NCBI RefSeq assembly: GCF_037042905.1
Contig: NC_087249.1
Coordinates: forward strand, 10,108,001 to 10,172,000
Direction: 5' to 3'
DNA: 64,000 nt
DNA from: Lytechinus pictus
Taxonomy: Eukaryota
The position numbers and the translations under genes were made by a program. Position 1 is the stretch's first letter. Each line of letters starts with the position of its first letter. Shown here piece by piece: positions 14,601 through 25,470 of the stretch. The notes beneath the pieces were generated by a model. That model was not told the DNA's origin. It worked only from the letters and a program-made list of their open reading frames with translations, and ran no database searches.

Positions 14601-17600
14601 TCTTTCATTCACTGTGTCATAAATAGCTAGTCTTAAACAAGTGGAATGCCTCTGGCCGTCTCACCTGCATCACGCGATTCAATATAGCAGCAGTGCTGAT
14701 TTTGAAAACTACTATAACTCGCACAAGATGTTCAGTGATACTTGGTTACTCTTATTTCCACGTTTTATGAACTAGACCAATACACTTATAGAGATATGAT
14801 GGCAATTCAACAAATACCCCCAACATGGCCAAAGTTCTTTGACCTTACATGACCTTTGACCTTGATCATGTGACCTGAAACTTGCACAGGATGTTCAGTA
14901 ATACTTGATTACTATTATGTCCAGGTTTCATGAATCAGATCCATAAACTTTCAAAGTTATGATGGTAATTCAACAGATACCCCCAATTCGGCCAAAGTTC
15001 ATTGACCCTAAATGACCTTTGACCTTGGTCATGTGATGTGAAACTCATGCAGGATGTTCAGTGATACTTGATTAACCTTATGTATAAGTTTCATGAACTA
15101 GGTCCATATATTTTCTAAGTTATGATGACATTTCAAAAACTTAACCTTAGGTTAAGATTTTGATGTTGATTCCCCCAACATGGTCTAAGTTCATTGACCC
15201 TAAATGACCTTTGACCTTGGTCATGTGACATGAAACTCAGGCAGGATGTTCAGTAATACTTGATTAACCTTATGGCCAAGTTTCATGAACTAGGTCCATA
15301 TACTTTCTAAGTTATGCTGTCATTTCAAAAACTTAACCTCAGGTTAAGATTTGGTGTTGACGCCGCCGTCGCCGTCGGAAAAGCGGCGCCTATAGTCTCA
15401 CTCTGCTATGCAGGTGAGACAAAAATGCCTTTTTTGAGATAACTATCAATAATATAGAGCATAAATTAGCCAACAATTTTTCTTGTATAAAGAAACAAAT
15501 TGATTTGAGGGAAAGCACTGTTAACCTACTCAGTAACACAATTATTGTGGTAGAAATATATTGTGTTGTGAATAAGCATGTCATTAACATTTCAATGGGC
15601 CTGAATCACAAGACTAAACTGCTCAGAATGTTGCATTATGGGTTAGCAACCTGACCAGATATAGGTGTTTAGGGGCTTGAGATGGTTACCGGTTTGTATC
15701 TGCTTTAAAAGATCAAAATAAACGATTAAAACAAAACCTTGCTGAATCAGTCCAGTTACTGATGGAACTTCATTCTCTAGATCATAATAATAATAAATTT
15801 AATAAGCATTTATACTGTATCATCTTTCTAGAAATCATCTATTCAAAGGCGCATTGTTATTATCATTACGCCAGCTTTAGCTCAAGCAGCCTTCCAGCAG
15901 TCAGTGCATTTCAAGGAATTAATCCTGCTGGGTACCCATCCACCTCACCTGGGTTGAGTGCAGCACAATGTGGGTAAATTTCTTGCTGAAGGAAAACACA
16001 TCATGGCTAGGAATCGAACCCAAGTCCCTGTGATTGAGAGACGGGAGTCGTAACCACTAGACCACGATGCCCCCGCAATGGGAGAAAAAAGTTAACAGGT
16101 AACTCCATCCATGAAATCCTCCTTAGTCCATGATCCACCATGATCCACCCATGTCAAATATCTTTGGACCACAGACATCTGTTCTACTTACAGGAGGCAA
16201 TACATCATGCATCATTGATTGATCCGATTAACCTCAACTATGGAAAGCCAGCAACGTCAACAGATAAAATGCATATTTGCTCAAAATGATTTCTACATCT
16301 ATCTTTTTCTTTTGACAATTGAGTATGCAAAGGACATTGTGCAAATTTCCTTCAGGAAAAATTATGACATTGGGCGGTGCTGCACCAGCCCGAGTTTGCT
16401 CAATCTCAAGATTTTAGCCCGATCGGCCCTCTTCGCGATTAATCTTGAGATTCCAGAAACCCTGTCTCCACCAGCGCAAGAACAGCAATTTGTGCTCGAG
16501 CGAGGCATCGATGCATTATGGTGTGACGCAGTGAATAAATAATCCTGAGTGAGTCTGCACCTGTGAATTAGCGGGATAATTTGTAAAATAGCACGCTATT
16601 TTGCAAATAATCCCAAGTTGACTTGGGATTGCAATTTGAGATTAATCCAGCGACTAGCGCAATATTTGCCTCTCCATTACAAATAATCTCAAAATTTTTC
16701 AGATCGGGATAATTTACCAGATCAGAAATAGCGCGCTAATTTGAAAACTCGGGCTGGTGCAGACGGCCCTATTGATGGATTTCCATTTAGTTGAAAATGA
16801 TCGGATCAATCACAACTCTTTGTAAGGTGGGGCCCTGGTCCCAAAACTTGCTTTGACTGAGGCGATTATTCCACTTTATACAGAACGTCCACTTATGCGG
16901 ATTTGACAATATTCTCAAACTTACCGAGAGTATTCCAGTGAAGATGATGATGGAACCTCGGAGCATTTGCCACACCGATGCCGAGACGTAGAGGAGACCT
17001 ATACCAGCTAGTGTCGTCCCAAGAAGGTCACAGAGGGTCGGTAAAACGATGATGGGTTGAAAGATTCTGCATAACAAAAATGTGATTATATACAACTGGT
17101 TATTATTATGTATGGTAACACCTGAAAGCTTCTTTTGATACAGGTGTATCAAACAAGGGAAACCAAAGATTCACATGAGATGAGATATTTATTAAATACG
17201 TTGTGATCAAACTAAATTATATCATTACAAAGTAGGCATTCAAAGATATCTAGATCAACTCAGCCCTAGTAAATTTACTTAAGTTTGAAAAAGTCTAGAT
17301 TTGATAAACTATACATTCTAATTAATGTGGATACCATGCCAAAAATTATTTTTTATTTATTTTCAGGGGCTACAATTACTTTTCATTTTCACAACCTGTT
17401 GCCAAAATGTTGAATTGTTAGGCACCCTGATCATTCCTTGGATATATGCACATTTTAAAAATTATTATTATTATTAAATCTGTTACAATGGATATGATTT
17501 AACACTGCATTGAAAAGGGATTATCAGGGGCCTTTTTTAATTTCCAGTGCTTTTTTTTATAGCATTTTGGCGGGGGTCAAAATTGCCTTGAGCCCCCATT

Positions 17601-20600
17601 TATTTTTTGTACCTGGTGGGTACCTACCTTGGTTGTTTCAGCATGACACCAGCAGGTGGTGCATCTTGAAAATGGGTCTCCCTGAGCTGAAAAAAATAGA
17701 GATAGAATCATACGAATCATATATTAAAAGCACTACTTTTAAATCTAAGTTTGATATAGGGGACTGCTACCTACAAGCAGCAGTCCTCTCCATACCCAAT
17801 CTGTTATATAAACTACCTATTGTACATTATGAACTGGTTGTTTACTTGAATTATATTTGTTTGTTGGATGGATATGGAAACAAATGAAATGAATGAAATA
17901 TGCTATGTCATCTTCACAAATGAGTTCCTTTTTATCAAAATAACCAGTGACAAACAAATTTCTATAATTTCACAGCCTGCCCCTTCTCCCCTTCCTCGCC
18001 TTGCCCCTCTCCTCTCTTCACCTCTTGTCTTCTATTTCTTTTCATCTCTTCATTCCATCTTCTTTTATCCTTTTTTTTTTTTTTTTTTTTGTGTGTGATC
18101 AATTATGAGTTATAAAATTGCAAAATATGAAAATCAGAGTATCCATAATAGTACCTTAATCGTCATAATGTCATTAAAGTTATCAGTATTGCCAATATCT
18201 ATAGACTACAGAGCAGCAGAAATACTTTCATATTTTCTTACAAAGTACCAAAAAAATTTAACTTTGCTCTCACTTAAGTTACTGTACCTGTCTTCTAAAT
18301 GCTTCTCTTTCGTGACGTCTGGCAATCAGCAATCCCAACAAGCACAAGCTTTCCCCTGGGGAGACAGAAATGAATGAAAATAATGAATACAATGTCTTTT
18401 CATTTACGTAAATATTTTGCATGCAAGCTATAATTTCAACAGACTTTAATTCAGTATTTGATATTATTATACACTTGATAAATATTCATGGCTGAAAAGG
18501 ATATTGATACTGAGTTGGCAGATGAACATGATGATATGAACAGGCTAAGTATATTGTGGGAGAGAAACAAAAGAAATCTATATAAAGGTAGAGCAAAACC
18601 AAAGAAAGAAAAGATGGGGAGAGTGAAAGTGGGGGGGAGTTGTCAAAATTTTCCTGTACAAAATGATGCCCCCCCCCCTGGAAAATTCTGATTCCACCCC
18701 TGGATGGGTAAATATTGATTATCTACAATATATTACCATTTTTATATTGCATGAAACTATAAATCTTTGATAAAATAAACAGTCATGTATATTCACCCAT
18801 GAACATGATGATGGTTTGAAACCAGGGATGATCAAATTCATGCTCTGTTGCAGTCTTTGTTCCATTCGGCCCTTGGGGAATGGCTACTCCCTTCACACTA
18901 CACAAATGAAAAACAATGATATAAAATGGATGAAGACATGAAGAAGTGGCTTCCTATTAAGTGATTGTTATTTTAAAAACTAATGAATTGTCATATTCCC
19001 AACATACTGTATGAAGATGAAACAATATAGACCCCAGAAATCTGTTTTGAACATTTTAATTTTTTTGTTTTGTTCCTCTAGAAGAAGTCCAGCCATGCCA
19101 GAAGAATTCACAGATGAAACAGAAACTGATGCTATTGATCTAGCATTAGATCTACGTTACATTGAGTTCCAATCCTTAGAAAATGTAATTAATAGCATAA
19201 TTATTGAATTCATTTTTAGGAGGAAGGTTAAATTTGATAAGTAGACCTACTCCAACCAAAAAAAAGAAGAAAAAACGAAACAGCATTTCTACTAAAAAGC
19301 ATTACCCTGATATATTCTTTATTAGCATTATTAATAATAAAAATATATTATCACAAACATTGCTCAAAACTTACCTCAAAGTTTCCTAAATAGTGTGCTG
19401 GAAATGCATGTATGCATACTGGTCCCTATACTGTGTGGGCTAGTGGCTTGAAATAGGTATTTTAAAGTCTTTTTTATGCTGACCTAGGACTGTGTGTGAC
19501 TCTGAGAGGAGCCGTGGAAACATGTGACATCAACAAATTATCACCTTGCCTGTCAGAAAATGTAACGATGTCGCTAAATGTAACTACATGGTTCACTTAA
19601 ATTCAAAATATATTTAAAGAACAGTTGGGGCCAACTCACGTATTGACTTTTGGGGCACATTTCTATACTACAGCAGTAACAGCACACATCTAGTGCCAGT
19701 GCCTACCCTAAATTTGAATAAATTAACATTTTCAATGGAATGGAATCTTGATTGATTGATTGATTCATTTATTTCCACACTTCATAAAAAGAACAATACA
19801 GAGTAAAGATGGTATTACAAAATACAGTACAATATATTCCGATGCATAAAGAGAACATACACTACACAAAACAATATACCAAAATATGAACAATACTTAA
19901 ATCAGACAAGAAGAGAAACAGTATATGTAAATGTGGGGGATCATTTAAAAAGTTAAAAACTTATAACATAATCCCAATTTTGTCAATAAAAGTTTGAGTT
20001 TTGCAGAGAAAGACTAGAAGAAAAAAAAAAAAGAAAAAAAAAATGTAATTGAGGTAACTTAGTCTAGGAAATTAAAGTTTTTGTAGAAGAAATGTTTTAA
20101 GTTTATATTTAAATACATTAAGGGATAGAGAACTTTTGACATTTTCAGGGAGACTGTCCCAGAATACAGGACCATTATGAATGATTGACTTTCGGGATAA
20201 TGATAATTTCCCACATGATACACGGTAATCAGATTTTCTTCTAGTATCATAATTGTGAATATCAGAATTTTCTTAAGTAATTTCTTATAGTATAAATACA
20301 TAAAGATACCAAGATTGTAACTATATAATTTATACACAGGCAATATTTTAAACTTAAGAAATCTTCAATTGGATCACTTGTTCATGCTTATTTCATCAGA
20401 AGAGCAACTACAGTGGGCTACGCTTCAGGAAAGAAGGGCACAACAGCGAGCTAGCATGGTCTACTGCATCATCAACAAGATTATTGTCTGACGAGTACGA
20501 TAATATGCCAACGGCAGTCTGTACTTTAATATAGGAAGAAGAAGAAGAACAGGAAAAATATTTTGACAACACGTGCATGACATTGTGATTGTCACAGGGA

Positions 20601-21504
20601 TTGTCAGTGACAATTATACCGGATTCCCATTATTCATATCACCATCATCATTCGCAGTACTCTCATGAGCTACTACCAGTGGTTGAACCTTCATCACTCA
20701 CACATGCATGCGACTGTTAGATATACTAACCTCGCACAATTGATTTGACTATGGATTTTGACATTTTCATTCATCCGCAAAAGCCCATGAAAGATTTGCA
20801 TGTGTCGCGTGCATCATGTGCATTTGATATTCCTTCGCACGCGAGAAGTGGGACCCATGACTCATGAGTGAACCTTCATATGACATAGTTTTTTTTATTG
20901 TTTTTTTTTAAATCTTTTTACTTTTTAATCAAAGACTAATTAAAACAGTTGTACTACAGATCTAATTACAAATTTGTATATTTTAGAACAGAAGTGGAGT
21001 AACTAAGGTCTATGAATATGATCAGTTTTGTTGTTGACAGACTAAGTAATCATCATCATGTTATTTAAGGGCTCTGCAATGCAGCCTATATCTCAAATTT
21101 TGAATGACGGAATATATAATTTATATATTCCGCCATTCAAAATTCGAGATAAAGGCTGCATTGCAGAGCCCTTTAAATAATATGATGAAGATTATAGATG
21201 ATGATGATGATGATGATTACTTAGTCTGTCAACAACAAAACTTATCATATTCATAGACCTTAGTTACTCCACTTCTGTTCTAAGACTAAGAGTAAGACTA
21301 CCGGTACTCGGTAGTACTATAGTATAGTATATTACAAGAAGTAAGAGTCTTTAGAAATGATTTTAAAAATTAGTTGAAAGAGCATCGAGATCGAGCATTC
21401 ATTACTCACTGACAGTCATTCTGGGCTTTCTTGCTAAGAGTATTGATGCTTCCTGTAACAAGCATTCCTACAGCTAGTAGAATCTGGTAGCACGACAGTC
21501 CCAT
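5388..21504 (-). CDS. SLC35F6: SLC35F6-like solute carrier (DMT/nucleotide-sugar transporter fold), 12 coding exons, 427 aa
   Basis: Exons 21504-21410, 18897-18797, 18355-18288, 17686-17628, 17066-16925, 12661-12602, 11010-10935, 10177-10083, 9164-9120, 7769-7586, 6638-6513, 5620-5388. All introns GT-AG with matching phases; total 1284 nt. Protein: MGLSCYQILLAVGMLVTGSINTLSKK...FDHPWFQTIIMFMGESLCL...LPTLCDLLGTTLAGIGLLYVSASVWQMLRGSIIIFTGILS...QMIIEEIFLKK...VVGMEGIFG...YNYFGLSVTKSLTAVHRTLIDACRTIVVW. These are SLC35F6-family motifs recognised from memory. Confidence 0.93.
6513..6638 (-). CDS. SLC35F6: SLC35F6 exon 11 (AVHRTLIDACRTIVVW...YGILK)
   Basis: acacag acceptor, gtaagt donor, 126 nt. Confidence 0.9.
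6701..7094. mobile_element. MITE with GGGCAATTCCAT TIRs and 4 bp TSD (AGTT)
   Basis: agtt|gggcaattccat ... atggaattgccc|agtt. Confidence 0.7.
7586..7769 (-). CDS. SLC35F6: SLC35F6 exon 10 (IVLPILYFIP...YNYFGLSVTKSLT)
   Basis: ttgcag acceptor, gtaatg donor, 184 nt. Confidence 0.92.
8110..8640 (-). mobile_element. RTE-clade LINE 3' remnant, frameshifted
   Basis: AWNKLHLIWES..LFRARVESILLYGIETWT..RLDGTYTRLLMRVQNIRWRDH..RLAGHCFR..GRRPLNFVD..MSDREAWR. Confidence 0.8.
8691..8952. mobile_element. PIF/Harbinger-like MITE
   Basis: TIR AGGCCCGGTCCCACTG / CAGTGGGACCGGGCCT; flanks taa / caa. Confidence 0.65.
9120..9164 (-). CDS. SLC35F6: SLC35F6 exon 9 (VVGMEGIFGFFILGL)
   Basis: ttttccag acceptor, gtaagt donor, 45 nt. 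Confidence 0.9.
10083..10177 (-). CDS. SLC35F6: SLC35F6 exon 8 (GILLILGGQVMNAVQMIIEEIFLKKRAYPPLQ)
   Basis: ttccag acceptor, gtatga donor, 95 nt. Confidence 0.9.
10262..10527 (-). mobile_element. tRNA-derived SINE, copy 1
   Basis: A/B-box head (GTGATCTAGTGG...GGTTCGAATCC); core CATTGTGCTGCACTCGACCCAGGTGAGGTAAATGGGTACC; homologous to three other copies. Confidence 0.85.
10935..11010 (-). CDS. SLC35F6: SLC35F6 exon 7 (FGLVLVGMSTIFAEEGTSEVGQTVL)
   Basis: tttag acceptor, gtaagt donor, 76 nt. Confidence 0.9.
12602..12661 (-). CDS. SLC35F6: SLC35F6 exon 6 (KIFLKRQLKWFHWTGMSVTV)
   Basis: tttcag acceptor, gtgagt donor, 60 nt. Confidence 0.9.
12994..14544. mobile_element. hAT-like non-autonomous element with 8 bp TSD
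   Basis: GCTTAGAT|CAGGGATTCTCAA ... TTGAGAATGGCTG|GCTTAGAT; internal ~110 bp direct duplication (13540-13650 vs 13675-13783). Confidence 0.8.
14637..15421. mobile_element. Helentron-associated (HINE/DINE-1-like) element with internal ~160 bp tandem units
   Basis: Subterminal IR GTCTCACCTGCAT / ATGCAGGTGAGAC; TGACCTTTGACCTTG units; (GCC)n near one end; A/T-run flanks. Confidence 0.7.
15790..16076 (-). mobile_element. tRNA-derived SINE, copy 2
   Basis: Same head and core as 10262-10527. Confidence 0.85.
16372..16769. mobile_element. Harbinger-like MITE
   Basis: TIR core CTGCACCAGCCCGAGTTT / AAACTCGGGCTGGTGCAG. Confidence 0.65.
16925..17066 (-). CDS. SLC35F6: SLC35F6 exon 5 (IFQPIIVLPTLCDLLGTT...IIFTGILS)
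   Basis: Within ORF 16787..17152; tgcag acceptor, gtaagt donor, 142 nt. Confidence 0.92.
17628..17686 (-). CDS. SLC35F6: SLC35F6 exon 4 (LRETHFQDAPPAGVMLKQPR)
   Basis: tttttttcag acceptor, gtaggt donor, 59 nt; bridges phase 0 to phase 2. Confidence 0.8.
18288..18355 (-). CDS. SLC35F6: SLC35F6 exon 3 (GESLCLLGLLIARRHEREAFRRQ)
   Basis: ccccag acceptor, gtacag donor, 68 nt. Confidence 0.88.
18797..18897 (-). CDS. SLC35F6: SLC35F6 exon 2 (HVKGVAIP...EFDHPWFQTIIMFM)
   Basis: tag acceptor, gtgaat donor, 101 nt. Confidence 0.88.
19749..20370 (-). mobile_element. Degraded CR1/L2-like LINE 3' end with (AATC)n tail
   Basis: Minus frame HNYDTRRKSDYRV...HNGPVFWDSLPENVKSSLSLNVFKYKLKTFLL; (GATT)n on the plus strand at ~19750. 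Confidence 0.6.
20983..21283. repeat. ~300 bp near-perfect palindrome in SLC35F6 intron 1
   Basis: TTAGAACAGAAGTGGAGTAACTAAGGTC ... GACCTTAGTTACTCCACTTCTGTTCTAA, centred at ~21120. Confidence 0.9.
21410..21504 (-). CDS. SLC35F6: SLC35F6 coding exon 1 (MGLSCYQILLAVGMLVTGSINTLSKKAQNDC)
   Basis: ATG at 21504, gtgagt donor, 95 nt, phase 2. Confidence 0.9.
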
Positions 21505-21659
21505 CTTAGATCTCGACTTCCTCTACCAGCCGACATTGACAGTACACCTACAGCTGAGCTTAATTTCGCTAGCGACACGCCACAAAAGTCATCGGGACAG
21601 TTCCCGGCAGCAGCGATCCGAGCGCTCGCTATTGTAACCCGAGCGCGAATCGTCCAAGA

Positions 21660-21750
21660 AATCTCGCAGTCACATGATCATGAGATCTCTGATCACATGA
21701 CAATGATGAGTACAGTCCATTGTTTAACTGATCACGCCCCGCCCGTTTCT
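21660..21750 (-). promoter_or_regulatory. Putative SLC35F6 proximal promoter with two TCATGTGA E/M-box sites and a GC box
   Basis: CpG-richer patch upstream of the ATG; gtcacatgat 21669-21678, atcacatgac 21692-21701, gccccgccc 21736-21744. Confidence 0.5.
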
Positions 21751-24076
21751 AGTTGAGTTAACCCGATAGAGATATATATCTCTATGGTTGCCCCACCCCC
21801 TTTTATGAAGAAGGTAAACAAAAAACGCAAAACAAAATCGACAAATGAATGGAAAAGTTGAAGATGAATTGGTAAAATAGATAAATATAGAAAAAAAGAA
21901 GGAAGAACAAAAAAGAGAAAGGCAAAGAAAGAAGGAAGTAAAAAGAAAGTCAAACAAGTCTGTTTTTACCAATCTTCATACAATGAGTTTTATGAATTTT
22001 GTTATCATGGTAGTAAAGAGTTCAAGCTTCGAAGTTTTTATATGCATAAAATGATAAAGAAAATAACATGATTAATACGTAGTTTCTACTATCCCGATTC
22101 GCGCTGATTGAAACCATTTTCTAAATCATGAAGTAATTATAGTGATCTTATCAGATCTTGAGGTCAATTGTGACAATGGCGATTGTAAAAGAAATTTTGG
22201 ACAGCTAAAAAATCTTCATGATCACTTACGAAAGGCCAATCGTAACAGATCGAACAGTGGAAATCGGGTATGTATGCATTCTTTCAAAAAATTAAATAAG
22301 CAAAACATATTTTGCTCATGCTTTTTCTATCTTCAAAAATCTGAATTATTAAGTAACCGTACTGAAAATTTTTGTCAATCAAGAGCTTAGGATAAATAAA
22401 ATTTTATACTTTCATCTTTTAAATGATTTAGAAAACCCCAACTGAACCTAAAAAACATCAATGTCTATGTCCCCTCCCATTTATCTACCCCCTCCCCCTT
22501 TCTTTACTTTCTCCCTCTCCTTTCTTCCCCTCTCACTTTATCTTTCTCTCCTCACATCTCACCAGGCCTCTTCCCTCTCTCTGTATCCCCAAAGTAAAAA
22601 TGACAGTAAATTAAAGTATCTTTTTAAAACTGAAGCATGACAAAATTTAATCAAATTATCACAAAAGCATCAAAATATTGCACACTGACAAATGAACAGT
22701 AATAGTTAGTTAAAGAGCACACAACAAATGATAGCACAGTCGATTGTGTTCAGTACATGGTAACCCACCCCCCCCCCCCCTAAAAAAGAAAAAGAAAGGG
22801 GAACCCCATTACTTGGTAGATAAAGAACATTACCCCCCTTTCCTTAATTATTATGACAATATTCAAACAAACATCTTACCAACAGACATTAGTCAAAGTG
22901 TATGTTCAATCTGACTTAAATAAACCTGAACGTAATACAGGTACTACCAATTTCATTAATTGGTGAATACCAATATAATAAGAACCAATATGAATGGGGA
23001 ATTTCAAGACTTACATTTATTATTAAAACACACAAAATGATAAAACGTGATTTTCAGCGTATGATTTAGGAGCATTTAACCTGTTTGCACCAATAATCCT
23101 TTTTCACATACTTGAGTAGCTACCCAAATTCAAAGGCATTTTGTTGGGCTACATGTAAAGGAAACCTAAAAAATATAATATTTTGGTTGCGGCACAATAT
23201 TAGCACTACAATCCACTGAAAATTAGACATCGCTATTTCTTGTTTCAAACCGTCTATATTATTGGCCGGATTTACTTGAAACAATAATCATTCAGTTTCT
23301 GCTACAATGCCAATTGAATTATCGGAAGGGTTGGGTTGCTGTATGAAGTTAAATTGTCTTTAACATTCTTGTGAAATTGAACTTTTTCAATAAAAAATAA
23401 ATAAATGAAATACATTACAACAATCTTTAATAAAACAAAACATTATACCTCACACACACTTTACGTCTAAACTCACAAAAATTATACCAAATATATCAAC
23501 TATAGCTTTGTAAACTGCATATGTCACATCTATAATCTCTAACAGTCACATTTTATATATTTTTTTTCCAATGAGTTCAAATGTTAATATGAAACAGACA
23601 TTTATCTTCCAAAGAAGTCCACCTTGATATACATATACAATTTTATTTAAAGCAGAAAAGTGAGAGAATCATTCATCAATAAGGCAAAAATCCATGAAAT
23701 TAAACAAAAAGGTTATGAATTCTTGATGTTTAATTTTGTGGTGTAAAATGCGAGCAGCTCCCCCATTAGTTATTTGATATAATCTATAAAGTGACACTTT
23801 TTAATGGTTCATGATGAGATGTTAACTGATTTCATATGATCCATGATATAATAGGAGAATAACTTCCATGTGATGTCACACACGTTAATTTGATATTTAA
23901 AAAAACCTTTTACTCTGTTTAATATTCTTCAATTTTCATCAAACCATTGGTAATGTGCTCCTACCATGTTTTTCTGCTTTTGAGAAAAAACAAACATGAC
24001 ATCAAGGTTGACTTCTTATATTGTTCTACCCAAGACACTATAGTAACATCAATAGACAAATTTAAATTCAACTTAA

Positions 24077-24608
24077 AGGAGAATGAAACTCTTGGAGCAA
24101 GTTAGCTTTTGTGAAAGCAGAAAAATCAAAGAATAAGATCAACAAAAGTTTGAGTAAAATAGGACTAGCAATAGAAGAGTTATGAGCATTTGAATGTCGA
24201 GATCACTAATGCTGAACAACTCTCCCCTTTTGGACACTGAAAATATACCCCAAAACATCTCTTTTTGCTCATTCTAATCATATGACAAACGATTCAATGA
24301 TATAATGTTGTGAAACCTCTGTACTTGTCCTCTCATAAAGAGAACACCTCACCTTGTGATAGACTCTGTATAAAGTGAGAATATAAGTGAAATAAGTACT
24401 AAAGTAATGAGGGAGTTGTACGTGTGTGACATCACAGATCTTGGATGCATTGCCAATGGGAGGATCTACATGGCATTAGTGATCGCGACATTCAAATGCT
24501 CATAACTTTCTTATTATTCATTCAATCTTCCTCAAACTTTCAACAATATGTTTCTTTGATTTTTCTCTTTGATTTGGATTCAGCTGGTTTCAAGGGTTTC
24601 ATTCTACT
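24077..24608. mobile_element. TTAA-flanked Kolobok-like MITE
   Basis: ttaa|AGGAGAATGAAAC ... GTTTCATTCTACT|ttaa; empty site in the neighbouring duplicate at ~25615. Confidence 0.8.
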
Positions 24609-24651
24609 TTAATGTGTCAAGAAACATACCAATGGCTAAAATTCCACTGTA

Positions 24652-25470
24652 CAGTGCGTCCCAGAAAAAACGAAACCGAGATTAAGCGATGATTTATCAT
24701 AGCTTAATCACAAATAGAATAGTCAAATGACCTACCAATGTAAAGCTTAGAATCTCCCCTTTCATCTGATATTACGTAGATTATTCCCCATTCACGCATG
24801 AGTGAGCAAAAACAATTTGAAGAAAGGATACCAAAAACTCATTTGGCGGGGGGTATCTGAATTTCAAAAGAAAATCACATGCCTAACCAGTTCAATATCT
24901 GCTCTTTTATTTGATACCTTAATCACAAAAAATGGTCAAGAAGTAAAAAAGTTATGTTCCCTCGAAACAATGCTTGTATTTCCATAATTTCAATAAATAA
25001 ACGTGTTTTCACCGGTTTCCCACAGAAGCTATCGCATGGTTAAAAAAAAACTTAATGCATGGCTGATCGTCAACAAAACGGAGTGTCAAGTGAGTTTGAA
25101 CGCTAGCCTAACGCTAATTTAATGAAATTATTGAAATTCAAGCCTTACATGTATTTCAAATAACCAGAACTTTGTTATTTCTTGACCATTTTCTGTAATT
25201 GAGATATCAAATTAAAGAGCAGATATTGAACTTTTTTAAAATGTGGTTTTCTTTTTGAAACCCAGATACAGCCCACCAAATGACTTTTTGGTATCCCCTT
25301 TTCATATTGTTTTTGCTCACTCATGCGTGAATGAGAACTAATCCAAGTAATTTCAGATGAAAGAGGAGATTCTAAGCTTTACAATGGTAGGTCATTTGTC
25401 TATTGTATTTGTGATTAAGTTATGATATATCATCGATAAATCTCGGTTTCGTTTTTTGTGGGACGCACTG
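24652..25470. mobile_element. Tc1/mariner-like MITE with long TIRs and TA TSD
   Basis: ta|CAGTGCGTCCCAGAAAAAACGAAACCGAG ... CTCGGTTTCGTTTTTTGTGGGACGCACTG|ta; ~300 bp imperfect inverted arms. Confidence 0.85.
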
